In this document: piece after piece, positions 17,257 to 25,066 of the stretch
Layout of the letters: every line of letters starts with the position of its first letter
How positions within the stretch are numbered: the stretch's first letter is position 1
Assembly: GCA_019136785.1 (NCBI GenBank)
Contig: JAGVTM010000514.1
Location: forward strand, 1-36,728
DNA from: Chloroflexota bacterium
GTDB taxonomy: Bacteria; Chloroflexota; Anaerolineae; Promineifilales; Promineifilaceae
Direction of reading: 5' to 3'
DNA length: 36,728 nucleotides
Translations under genes and position numbers: made by a program
The notes under the pieces: generated by a model
What the model saw: the letters and a program-made list of their open reading frames with translations, nothing else
The model's database searches: none
Told to the model about the DNA's origin: nothing

Positions 17257-19488
17257 TTAGCGGCGGCGGGCCTGGGTGTAGTAGTCGGCGAAGGCGGCGC
17301 GGGTGAGGGGGCGGCCCAGTTTGTCCATTTCGCGCACGACGCCTTGAATCAGGTGGGCCATGCCAATGGGTTCGTCCGTTTCGGCAGCCAGGAATGCGGC
17401 GGCCAGGACGCAGTTTTTGATGTTGCCACCGCTTAGTTCAAATTGGGCTGACAGGAAGGCAAAGTCCACGTCGTCCGCACGCGGCGCGGCGGCAGGGAAC
17501 ATGCCGCGCCACAGGCGCTGGCGGTCTTCGATGGTGGGCAGGGGGAAGTCTATGACGTATTGCATACGACGGGTGAAGGCTTCGTCCAGGTTCTGGCTGA
17601 AGTTGGTAGCCAGGATGGAAACGCCTTCGTACTCTTCCATTTTTTGCAGCAGGTAGCTGATTTCGATGTTGGCGTAGCGGTCGTGGGCGTCGCGGACTTC
17701 GGAGCGTTTGCCAAAGAGGGCGTCGGCTTCGTCGAAGAAGAGGACGACGTTGGCGGCGGCGGCTTCGTCGAAGATGCGGCTGAGGTTTTTCTCGGTTTCG
17801 CCGACGTATTTGCTGACGACGGCGGAAAGGTCAATTTTGTAGATGTCCAGGCCAAGGGAGCGGGCGAGAATGCCGGCAGCCATGGTCTTACCTGTGCCCG
17901 ATGGCCCGGAAAAGAGGACGTTCAGCCCGCGGCCCAATGCCAGTTTGCGCCCAAAACCCCACTGTTCGTACACTGTGTGGGCGTGACGCACCTGGCTTTC
18001 AATGGCCCGCAGTTGGGTAAGCTGTGCGCGCGGCAGCACCAGATCGTCCCATTCATAGGCGGAGACAATTTTCACAGCCAGTTTGTTCAGGGCAGGATTG
18101 GACTGCTGCCGGGCGCCTTCAAACCAATCCTGGCGGGTGGGGTGGGCGTGGGGCCCGTCGCGCAGCCAGGCGCGCTGCCTGGCGGCGATGGCTGCCTGGG
18201 CAATCTGGCCGGGGGTGAGACGGAAGCGTCCGGCGAGTTCGGCGGGCGTGTCCCCTGACGGGGTCTGCGTGTCCCCTGACGGGGTCTGGGCGACCTGCCC
18301 GTTCAGCCGCGCCGCCCACAACTGCCGCCGCAAGGGGACGTCCGGCAGGGGGAAATGCACGATGACGGGGGCAGAGACATAGGAAGGCAGCGTCCAGGGT
18401 TGGTCGGCAGAGAGGATGACGCTGCCGGGCCAGTGCGCCCAGACGGCGGCGCGGGCGGTTTCGGAGAGCGCTTCGGCTTCTGCCAGATGCAGCAATGCGC
18501 CGTACAGGCGGGCTTCGCGCACGGCGGCGCGCCAGCAAGCGGCGACGCGGTCTTCTGGCAGGTATGCCAGGCGGGGCGCTTCGACGACTAATAGGGCGCG
18601 TTCGCCTAGAGCATGGGCCACGGCGGCGGCGGCGGCGCGCCGCCCGCTGCCGGGGCGACCGCAAAAGAGGGCCGGCGGTGCGGCGGCAGGGGCCTGCCAG
18701 GCAGGGGGCCGCCAGAGGGATGCCAGATGGCGCAGCGCCTGGCGGGTGGGCGCAGGAACAGCCAGGTCTTCCAGGCAGCCGTCAGCCTGCATCCAGTAGG
18801 CGTATTCCATCAACTGCGGGTCGAGGGCGTCCTGTTCCAGGAGGTAGTCAACGATACGGTCATCCAGTTTCAGGGAGCGATCAATCAGGGGTAGGAACGA
18901 TTCGCCTTCGCCCGCGCCTATATGCAGCAGCCGCTCGAAAACCAGCGGGGATGCGGCGGTGAAAAGGGCGCGCACGGCGGTCTCGTGGCTGCGCGGCAGC
19001 AACCGCAGGGCCAGGGCGGGGGTGAGGCAGCGGCGGCTGACGTCGTCTTGCAGATAGGCGTAGACACGGCCAAAGCGGGGGTCAACTTCGGGGGCTAATA
19101 GTAAGAGGACGAGTTCCAGGGCCAGGGACGACAGGTCGAATTGGCGGGTCAATTGTATGGGGCGCAGCAGGGCAGTGGTGGCGGCGACGCGGGCGGCAAT
19201 GGCGGCGTCGCGGGCGAGAATGGCGGCTTCTAAATCTATGGCCTGGTCGGAGTGGGGCAGGGTGACGCCGTGCAGCGCGGCTAATGCCTGATCTACTTCT
19301 GGCTCGGAGAGGAAGAGGCCGAGGAAGGATTCGTTGACGCTGGGACCGCGCAACAGCCGCGCCAGCAGCACTTCCCGATGCAGCCGCAGCGCCAGCAGCG
19401 CCCAATAGTCGCTCAGGTAGTCGTGGGTGCTGGCGTAAGGGGTTGCCTGTTGTCTGCTGTCTGTTGATTGTTGGTTAGTTTTGTTCAT
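17257..19488 (-). CDS. CIS-associated double-AAA+ ATPase (Afp15/Pvc15-like)
   Basis: The C-terminal AAA+ domain has Walker A GPSGTGKTMAA (17881-17910), Walker B VVLFFDEADALF, and SKYVGETEKNL. An upstream degenerate P-loop reads CGRPGSGRRAAA. The N-terminal helical domain is typical of this family. Confidence 0.85.
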   Translation of the reverse strand: MNKTNQQSTDSRQQATPYASTHDYLSDYWALLALRLHREVLLARLLRGPSVNESFLGLFLSEPEVDQALAALHGVTLPHSDQAIDLEAAILARDAAIAARVAATTALLRPIQLTRQFDLSSLALELVLLLLAPEVDPRFGRVYAYLQDDVSRRCLTPALALRLLPRSHETAVRALFTAASPLVFERLLHIGAGEGESFLPLIDRSLKLDDRIVDYLLEQDALDPQLMEYAYWMQADGCLEDLAVPAPTRQALRHLASLWRPPAWQAPAAAPPALFCGRPGSGRRAAAAAVAHALGERALLVVEAPRLAYLPEDRVAACWRAAVREARLYGALLHLAEAEALSETARAAVWAHWPGSVILSADQPWTLPSYVSAPVIVHFPLPDVPLRRQLWAARLNGQVAQTPSGDTQTPSGDTPAELAGRFRLTPGQIAQAAIAARQRAWLRDGPHAHPTRQDWFEGARQQSNPALNKLAVKIVSAYEWDDLVLPRAQLTQLRAIESQVRHAHTVYEQWGFGRKLALGRGLNVLFSGPSGTGKTMAAGILARSLGLDIYKIDLSAVVSKYVGETEKNLSRIFDEAAAANVVLFFDEADALFGKRSEVRDAHDRYANIEISYLLQKMEEYEGVSILATNFSQNLDEAFTRRMQYVIDFPLPTIEDRQRLWRGMFPAAAPRADDVDFAFLSAQFELSGGNIKNCVLAAAFLAAETDEPIGMAHLIQGVVREMDKLGRPLTRAAFADYYTQARRR

Positions 19489-19499
19489 TTTTAATCAGG

Positions 19500-19720
19500 A
19501 TTTTGGGGATGAGGTGGGTGGGGGGCATGGTTTTTTATCAGGATTTCGCGGATTTCGCGGATTTTTGGGGATTGGGGGGATGAGGTGGGTGGGGGGCATG
19601 GTTTTTTATCAGGATTTCGCGGATTTCGCGGATTTTGGGGGGTTGGGGGATGAGGTGGGTGGGGGGCATGGGTTTTTATCAGGATTTCGCGGATTTCGCG
19701 GATTTGGGAGATTTTGGGGA
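19500..19720. repeat. Three tandem ~70-bp repeats (GATGAGGTGGGTGGGGGGCATGG...ATCAGGATTTCGCGGATTTCGCGGATT)
   Basis: Unit starts at 19508, 19579 and 19649. The array lies between the ATPase start and the GxxExxY gene stop. Confidence 0.85.
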
Positions 19721-19721
19721 T

Positions 19722-20111
19722 TTACGCAGATGTTTGCCAGTTGTTGACTAATCGGGCGTGTTCTAAGGATGTGGAGCCGAAGTTTATCAGGAGGCCGCGC
19801 CGGAAGTTAGCAGCTTTCAGGTAGTTTAAGACCTGTGCTTTTTCTCTCCGGCTGATAGCAGGGAGCGCCTTAAGCTCGACAATAATGACATCAAAACAGA
19901 TAAAATCTGTTCGATATGTTGTGTTCAACGGACGACCGCGATAAAAGATTGATAGTTCCACCTCGTGCTTGAAGGGGATTGCTCGCTGTTCAAGTTCAAT
20001 AGCTAAGGCCTCGTGATAGACATTTTCAAGAAACCCTGGGCCAAGTTCCTGATGTACAGTTAATGCCGCTCCAATAATTGCGTAGGTTTGCGGGTCTTCT
20101 ATAGTTGTCAT
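19722..20111 (-). CDS. GxxExxY family protein (PD-(D/E)xK nuclease superfamily)
   Basis: GPGFLENVYHEAL carries the G-x-x-E-x-x-Y signature. Downstream core: TDFICFDVIIVELKA...AQVLNYLKAANFRRGLLINFG. The gene is visibly lower in GC than its flanks. Confidence 0.8.
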   Translation of the reverse strand: MTTIEDPQTYAIIGAALTVHQELGPGFLENVYHEALAIELEQRAIPFKHEVELSIFYRGRPLNTTYRTDFICFDVIIVELKALPAISRREKAQVLNYLKAANFRRGLLINFGSTSLEHARLVNNWQTSA

Positions 20112-20184
20112 TTACTCTATTCCTCTCTGCGTAATCCTTCGACAAGCTAAGTCTGCGAAATCCTGATTCTCAAAACAGACACCT

Positions 20185-21762
20185 CTACGGCAGAATAATA
20201 TGCAACTGGCGGTTTTGCAGCCAGGGGAGGGGGCCCTGGGGGCCGTCGCGGGAGGCGATGCGGAGGAGGATACCCAGGGGGGCCTGGTGGAGGTGGATTT
20301 CGAGGGCGTTGGCGGAGAGGTGGAGGTGGCCGGGTAAATGAATGAATTGGCGGATGAGGGCGGCGGCGGGGGACGCCGCGGTGGCGGGGGAACTGCCGGC
20401 AAAGCCGCGCAGACCGGCGGCAAAGTGACGCAGCAGCAGTAGGGCCGCGCCGCTGCCGGGCCAGTCGCCCAGGATGGCAGCGGCATCTGCCGCTGCTCGC
20501 AGTTCGGTTTCATCTGTCCACGCCGCCAGGTCGGGCCAGGAGATGGGCTGGGCGCGCGCCTGTTCTGCCAGGTGGTCGGGGACGCCGGACAGCCAGGCGG
20601 CAGCGCCGTCACCCCATGCCAGCGGCGCATGGTCGCGTCCGACCAGACGCAGCAGGAGTTGGTAGATGCCGGCATTTCCCAACGTCTCATACCAGCCCAA
20701 TTCGCGCACAAAGGGCAGCAGCAGGCCCAACCCCGCAAACGACGTCGCCAGCGAGCGGCCCGTCGTCGTTGATTGTTGCCTGTTTTCTGTTGTCTGTTGA
20801 TTATTTTCCGCCAGCCGGGCCACATAAGCGCGCCCCTGGCCGGTGGCCATCATGATTTGCAGCCAGCGGCGGGGGGCTTCCAGGTCGCTGTCTAAGGCGT
20901 CGAGGAGGGGTTGGAGGGGGGCAATGCCGGCAATTTCGCCCGCTGCCAACGCTGCCCATAAGAAAGGCGCCGGGCGGGCTGCCCATAAGTGGCGCAGCCA
21001 GGCCAGGTGGGTACAAACGGCGGCGACCCAGCTTTGGGCTGCCAACCCTGGCTGGGGGATGGTCGCCGCCAGGAAGAGGCGCAGCAGATTGCGCGCCAGG
21101 GCGTCGCGCCCGCCGCGCTCCAGGGGGACGGGGCGCAGGCGGGGCAGGAGGGCATCGAGTTGGGCGGCGGTGGCGATGCCGGTTGGTTCGCCCCAGCCCA
21201 ACGCTGACCAAAGCAGGGTCACGTCGGCGCGGGTCATCTGGCGCAGCAGGGGTTCTAGCTGGCGGGATTGCTGCAGACGGCGGGCGACGGGCAGGAGGAG
21301 TTCAGGGCGGGCGCCGAGCAGGTAGGCGGCGGTTTGCCCCGTTGCCAACCCGCGCAGGGGGGTAAATTCGGCGTAGACCCAGCCTCTGTCTACGGACCAG
21401 GCGCGCCCGGTGAGCAGGTCGGTGAGGAAGGCGGCGAGAAAATGGGCAGGGTCGTCAAAGCGGACGACTTCTGTCTCTGCGCCGGTGAGGAGGGCGCGGG
21501 TGACGGCGCGGAGGAGAAGCTGACTCCAGCGGCGGGTAATGTCGGCGTCGGACATGCCGGCAATGTCTACCCATAGGTTGAGTTCGAGGCGGCGGATGCG
21601 GTAGACGGCGGTTTGGTCGCGGGCGGGGGGCTGCAGGCGTCCGTTGAGTTCTGCCGGCAGGCGCTGCCGCACGAGGGCGTCCAGGCGTTGTTGGAATGCC
21701 TGGGGGTCGGGGGCGCCGGCGGGTAGGAAGTAGTTGGCGGTGAGCCTGTCAATGGTGAGCAT
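20185..21762 (-). CDS. Hypothetical protein; candidate CIS tape-measure (Afp14 position)
   Basis: It sits immediately upstream of the ATPase apart from the inserted GxxExxY cassette. It is Ala/Leu-rich and helical, and its N-terminal pattern (QQRLDALVRQRLPAELN...VYRIRRLELNLWVDIAG) resembles proteins annotated as CIS tape measure. The call is positional plus weak motif memory. Confidence 0.45.
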   Translation of the reverse strand: MLTIDRLTANYFLPAGAPDPQAFQQRLDALVRQRLPAELNGRLQPPARDQTAVYRIRRLELNLWVDIAGMSDADITRRWSQLLLRAVTRALLTGAETEVVRFDDPAHFLAAFLTDLLTGRAWSVDRGWVYAEFTPLRGLATGQTAAYLLGARPELLLPVARRLQQSRQLEPLLRQMTRADVTLLWSALGWGEPTGIATAAQLDALLPRLRPVPLERGGRDALARNLLRLFLAATIPQPGLAAQSWVAAVCTHLAWLRHLWAARPAPFLWAALAAGEIAGIAPLQPLLDALDSDLEAPRRWLQIMMATGQGRAYVARLAENNQQTTENRQQSTTTGRSLATSFAGLGLLLPFVRELGWYETLGNAGIYQLLLRLVGRDHAPLAWGDGAAAWLSGVPDHLAEQARAQPISWPDLAAWTDETELRAAADAAAILGDWPGSGAALLLLRHFAAGLRGFAGSSPATAASPAAALIRQFIHLPGHLHLSANALEIHLHQAPLGILLRIASRDGPQGPLPWLQNRQLHIILP

Positions 21763-21830
21763 GGATCTTAAAAAAATTTGCCACGAATTTTACGAATTAC
21801 ACGAATTAGAAGGCTTTCATTCGTCCGGTA
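21763..21830 (-). promoter_or_regulatory. AT-rich segment with three ACGAATT direct repeats at 9-bp spacing plus one inverted copy; candidate internal promoter/operator
   Basis: ACGAATT occurs at 21783, 21792 and 21801, with CATTCGT at 21818. An A7 run lies next to the start codon. The segment stands out against high-GC flanks. Confidence 0.3.
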
Positions 21831-21849
21831 GCGCTGCACTTAATCGTGG

Positions 21850-22275
21850 TGGGTGTCAGCCCCGCCTGCGGCGGGGCTGACACCTTTTTTATGGGGTATT
21901 TGGGGCGCTAACGCGCCCCAAATACCCCATTGAGGGGGGATGGGACGCTGACGCGGCCCAAATACCCCGTTGGGGGTGTTTTGCCGTGCGTATGGGCGGC
22001 ATTTGGGCGGTGGGGTGGGCGGGGTTATGGGCGCTGACGCCTTTTTTTGAGGGAGTATGGGGCGCTGACGCGGCACAGATACGACGGTGGGGGTGTTTTG
22101 CCGCGTGTATGGGCGGCATTTGGGCGGTGGGGTGGGCGTGGTTATGGGCGCTGACGCCTTTTTTTGAGGGAGTATGGGGCGCTGACGCGGCACAGATACA
22201 ACGGTGGGGGTGTTTTGCCGCGCGTATGGGCGGCATCAGGGCGGTGGGGTGGGCGGGGTTTGGGCGGCGCATGGG
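21850..22275. repeat. REP-like hairpin pair (family B) followed by about 2.6 copies of a 117-bp tandem repeat
   Basis: Hairpin GGTGTCAGCCCCGC-ctgc-GCGGGGCTGACACC (21852-21884) is followed by T6. A second hairpin reads GTATTTGGGGCGC-taa-GCGCCCCAAATAC. GTGTTTTGCCG unit starts at 21976, 22093 and 22210. Confidence 0.85.
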
Positions 22276-22277
22276 TT

Positions 22278-23150
22278 TCAAATGGTTATCGTGAAGCGGC
22301 GGCAGAACCAGTCCATGTCGCGCTGGCGGCGGGTGAGGAGGCAGGCGCGGTGGGATAGGGTGTCGTCGAGGAAGGCGCGGGCCAGGCTGCGGTGGAAGTC
22401 GGGATGAGCCATCATGGGGCGCAGGGCGCGGGACAGGCGGGCTTCGTCGAAATGGGAGAGCGCCAGGCGCAGTTTGTTGTAGAGGGCCTGGCTGGCGTCT
22501 ACGGCGTAAGGATGGCGCGGGCGGAACAGGTGGAAGACCAGGCTGTCGGGTTGGGCCAGGATGCGGTAGCCATATAGCCAGAGACGCAGGCAGAGTTCGA
22601 TGTCTTCGCTGCCCCAGCGGGTCATGCCGGCATCATAGCCGCCCACTTCGCGAAAGACAGCGGCGGGCACTGCCTGGCAGGCGCCGATGTGGAAGGGGAC
22701 TTCGGTCACAGCGGCGGGTGGGGGCAGCCAGACGTTTTCCAGGCTGGCGTCTTGCCAGGCGACACCGCAGGCGCGGGTGGTGATTTCGTGAATGCCGGCA
22801 AAAACGGGGCCGGCCATGCCCACGCCCGCGGCAGACAAAGCGGACACGAGCGGGGCTAACCAGCCAGGGGGCACGTAGCAGTGGGCATCCAGAAAGACCA
22901 GCGCCTGCCCGCGGGCGTGCGCGGCGCCCAGGTTGCGCGCGCCGGCGATGCCTAATCCCTGGCCGCGTACCAGCCGCAGGCGGGCATCGTCACCGCGCCC
23001 CAGGGCTGCCTGGGCGCTGCCATCATCGGAACCGTCGTCTACAATGATCACCTCCAGGTCTACGTCGCCGCTGTTCTGGCGCACGTAAGCGACGGTGTCT
23101 ACCAGGTTTTGGCCTTCGTTGTGTGCCGGCAGAATCACGCTGACGTGCAT
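22278..23150 (-). CDS. Family 2 glycosyltransferase
   Basis: VSVILPAHNEGQNL...LEVIIVDDGSDDGS and the VFLDAHCYVPPGW (DxH) motif. The start overlaps the upstream stop (TAATG at 23148-23152). Confidence 0.85.
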   Translation of the reverse strand: MHVSVILPAHNEGQNLVDTVAYVRQNSGDVDLEVIIVDDGSDDGSAQAALGRGDDARLRLVRGQGLGIAGARNLGAAHARGQALVFLDAHCYVPPGWLAPLVSALSAAGVGMAGPVFAGIHEITTRACGVAWQDASLENVWLPPPAAVTEVPFHIGACQAVPAAVFREVGGYDAGMTRWGSEDIELCLRLWLYGYRILAQPDSLVFHLFRPRHPYAVDASQALYNKLRLALSHFDEARLSRALRPMMAHPDFHRSLARAFLDDTLSHRACLLTRRQRDMDWFCRRFTITI

Positions 23151-25057
23151 TAGCCGCGCCTCATCATGCCGATGGCGTTGTTCTTTAATTCCGCCACGCG
23201 CACTTCAGAAATACCCAGGATTTGGGCGGCGCGATCCACAGGCAGGGCGGCAAACTCCAGCACGCTGGTGATGCCATTCTGGCGCAGCTTATCGCCGCGC
23301 ACCTCGCCCACGCCCAGCACATCCTCCACCGGGCGCATGGCGCCGGCTACCAGGTCAAACTCCTGCGGATCAAAGCCAAATTCCAACGGGGGGCGCGTGC
23401 CAATAATCCCGGTGGGGAGGATGCCTGTTGGCAAGATACCTGTGGGGGTGATGCCCGTGGGGATGATGCCCGTGGGGATAATGCCCGTGGGAATAATCCC
23501 TGTGGGAATGATGCCCGTGGGAATGATGCCCGTGGGGATGATGCCCGTGGGGATGATGCCCGTGGGAATGATACCCGTGGGGATGATGCCCGTGGGGATA
23601 ATCCCCGTCGGGGGAATGCCCGTCGGCTGCTGCGGCAGGGTGACGAAGAGGAACACGCCGAAGTCGGCGCTGTTTAGGGCGGGGCGACCGTCGGCAAACA
23701 GCACCAGGAAGGGAATCTGGATGGGTTGGGGCAGCGGGAAAACGGTGAGCAGCAGGGTGATCTCCGTGGGAGTGCTGGAGACGATGTTGGCGCTGACGCC
23801 GCCGCCCAGGAAGGCGACTTCCATGGCGCCGGAGAGCCCCTGACCCAGGATGCGCACGTTTTCATAGATGATCGGTTCCTCGCGGTTGCCTTCCACCTGG
23901 GTTGGCTGGATGGCGTCAATCCGTCCAGGGGGCGGAGGCGCTTCCTGGCAGCGGCAGCGCACGTACTCTTGCAGCAGCCAGCCGTTGAGCAGACGGCGGC
24001 GGTCGGTCCAGTCGTCAATAGTCTCAATGCCCTCGCTGCCGACGGTGATGGTGGCTAACACCAGGCCATTGTCATCGGCGTCCAGCGCCGGGGGGCAAGG
24101 GACGTGCGTTTGACCGCAGACGATAGCTTCCAGTTGCTCGCAGGTAAGCCCCTGTTGGTGGGAGTCGGGCAGGCAGCAGACAATTTCCAGGCGGTAGCCT
24201 TCGCGCACGCGGGTATAATCATAACTGCTGCCGGGGGGGGCGCATTTTGCCGGCACAAGCGGCTGCGAACAAGTCAACTCCTCGTCGGGATAAACCACCA
24301 GATAGACCAGATCGCCCGCCGTTGTCTCCCAGCAAATTTGCAGCAGCAGCGTCTCATTTTGCGGGGCTGTGATCGTTATGTTGGTGATGCCCCCGCCAGA
24401 CAGACGCACCATCTCCGCCTGCCCGCCTTGCCCACTGGTCTGCGCGGAATCTACCAGCGCCCCGGCGATGTCAAACGCTTCCAACAGCACCGGGCCAGCA
24501 CCGCACATCAGGGTCAGCGTTGCCGCCGACGCAGCCTGGGGCAAGGTTATGGTCGTCTGCAAAAAGCAGTTGAAGCCAACGAATTCCCCCCACCCCTCAA
24601 TGCGCGTGCGGGGCACGATCACCCCGCTGCGCCAACCGGTAAAGACAGCCCCCTGGAAGGTGACGGGATTAGGGCCTTCGGTGTCTGGCTCCATTTCCAT
24701 GAAATTGACACAGGTAAGGACAGGTTCTGCGCCCGCGCCTGGTTCGGCGCAGGGGTCTGGCGCGCCCAGACAAGCCTCCACGCCCGCCTGAATGTCGAAG
24801 GGGGGGGCGTCAGCGGGGATGACCACCTCATCCCCCTGCGGCGTCAAGCCATATCCCGGCGCCACCTGTACCTGCCAGGGGGAACCCTCCGAGCCGCTGA
24901 CGGTTGCGCCGCAAACAACGCCCCAACCATGCAGGGCGCGGTTATGCCGGCGCAGCCGTTCGCGCAGGTAATTCTGACCCAGGTTGAGGTCGGCTGCCGT
25001 CAACTGCTGCCGCTCAACGTATCTTGGCCTGAGCAAGCCATTGCCATTATTTGCCAT
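23150..25057 (-). CDS. Fibre-like / receptor-binding candidate, paralog 2: Cys-rich core, IPT/TIG-like domain, (PTGII)x15 repeat, C-terminal HhH (DUF4332-like)
   Basis: It shares the N-terminal core with ORF 25067-27871 (HGWGVVCG vs HGVGTVCG; YTRVREGYRLEI vs YNRVREGYELHL). IPT-like stretch: IDAIQPTQVEGN...ILGQGLSGAMEVAFLGG. HhH tail: VLGVGEVRGDKLRQNGITSVLEF...ILGISEVRVAELK. Confidence 0.6.
   Translation of the reverse strand: MANNGNGLLRPRYVERQQLTAADLNLGQNYLRERLRRHNRALHGWGVVCGATVSGSEGSPWQVQVAPGYGLTPQGDEVVIPADAPPFDIQAGVEACLGAPDPCAEPGAGAEPVLTCVNFMEMEPDTEGPNPVTFQGAVFTGWRSGVIVPRTRIEGWGEFVGFNCFLQTTITLPQAASAATLTLMCGAGPVLLEAFDIAGALVDSAQTSGQGGQAEMVRLSGGGITNITITAPQNETLLLQICWETTAGDLVYLVVYPDEELTCSQPLVPAKCAPPGSSYDYTRVREGYRLEIVCCLPDSHQQGLTCEQLEAIVCGQTHVPCPPALDADDNGLVLATITVGSEGIETIDDWTDRRRLLNGWLLQEYVRCRCQEAPPPPGRIDAIQPTQVEGNREEPIIYENVRILGQGLSGAMEVAFLGGGVSANIVSSTPTEITLLLTVFPLPQPIQIPFLVLFADGRPALNSADFGVFLFVTLPQQPTGIPPTGIIPTGIIPTGIIPTGIIPTGIIPTGIIPTGIIPTGIIPTGIIPTGIIPTGITPTGILPTGILPTGIIGTRPPLEFGFDPQEFDLVAGAMRPVEDVLGVGEVRGDKLRQNGITSVLEFAALPVDRAAQILGISEVRVAELKNNAIGMMRRG
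23404..23632. repeat. 15 tandem 15-bp units encoding the PTGI(I/L/T/P) pentapeptide
   Basis: Units follow the pattern gcccgtgggRatRat. Copies differ mainly at synonymous positions. Confidence 0.9.
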
Positions 25058-25066
25058 TGCCGCCTC

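Noticed and set aside
20112-20825. 237-aa - strand ORF overlapping the 3' part of ORF 20185-21762 in another frame
   Set aside because: It is a Pro/Arg/Ala-rich shadow ORF typical of high-GC DNA and is fully nested in the longer, better-supported frame.
21852-21890. GC-rich hairpin followed by T6, resembling a + strand rho-independent terminator
   Set aside because: There is no + strand gene upstream to terminate. The hairpin belongs to the family-B REP module, which also occurs at 32851-32877 without a T-run. On the - strand it has no U-tail.
21840-22281. Two - strand ORFs (117 and 130 aa) with repeated PPKCRPY / HPTAQMPPI peptides
   Set aside because: They are translations of the 117-bp tandem repeat. 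The internal periodicity equals the DNA repeat and no start signals are present.
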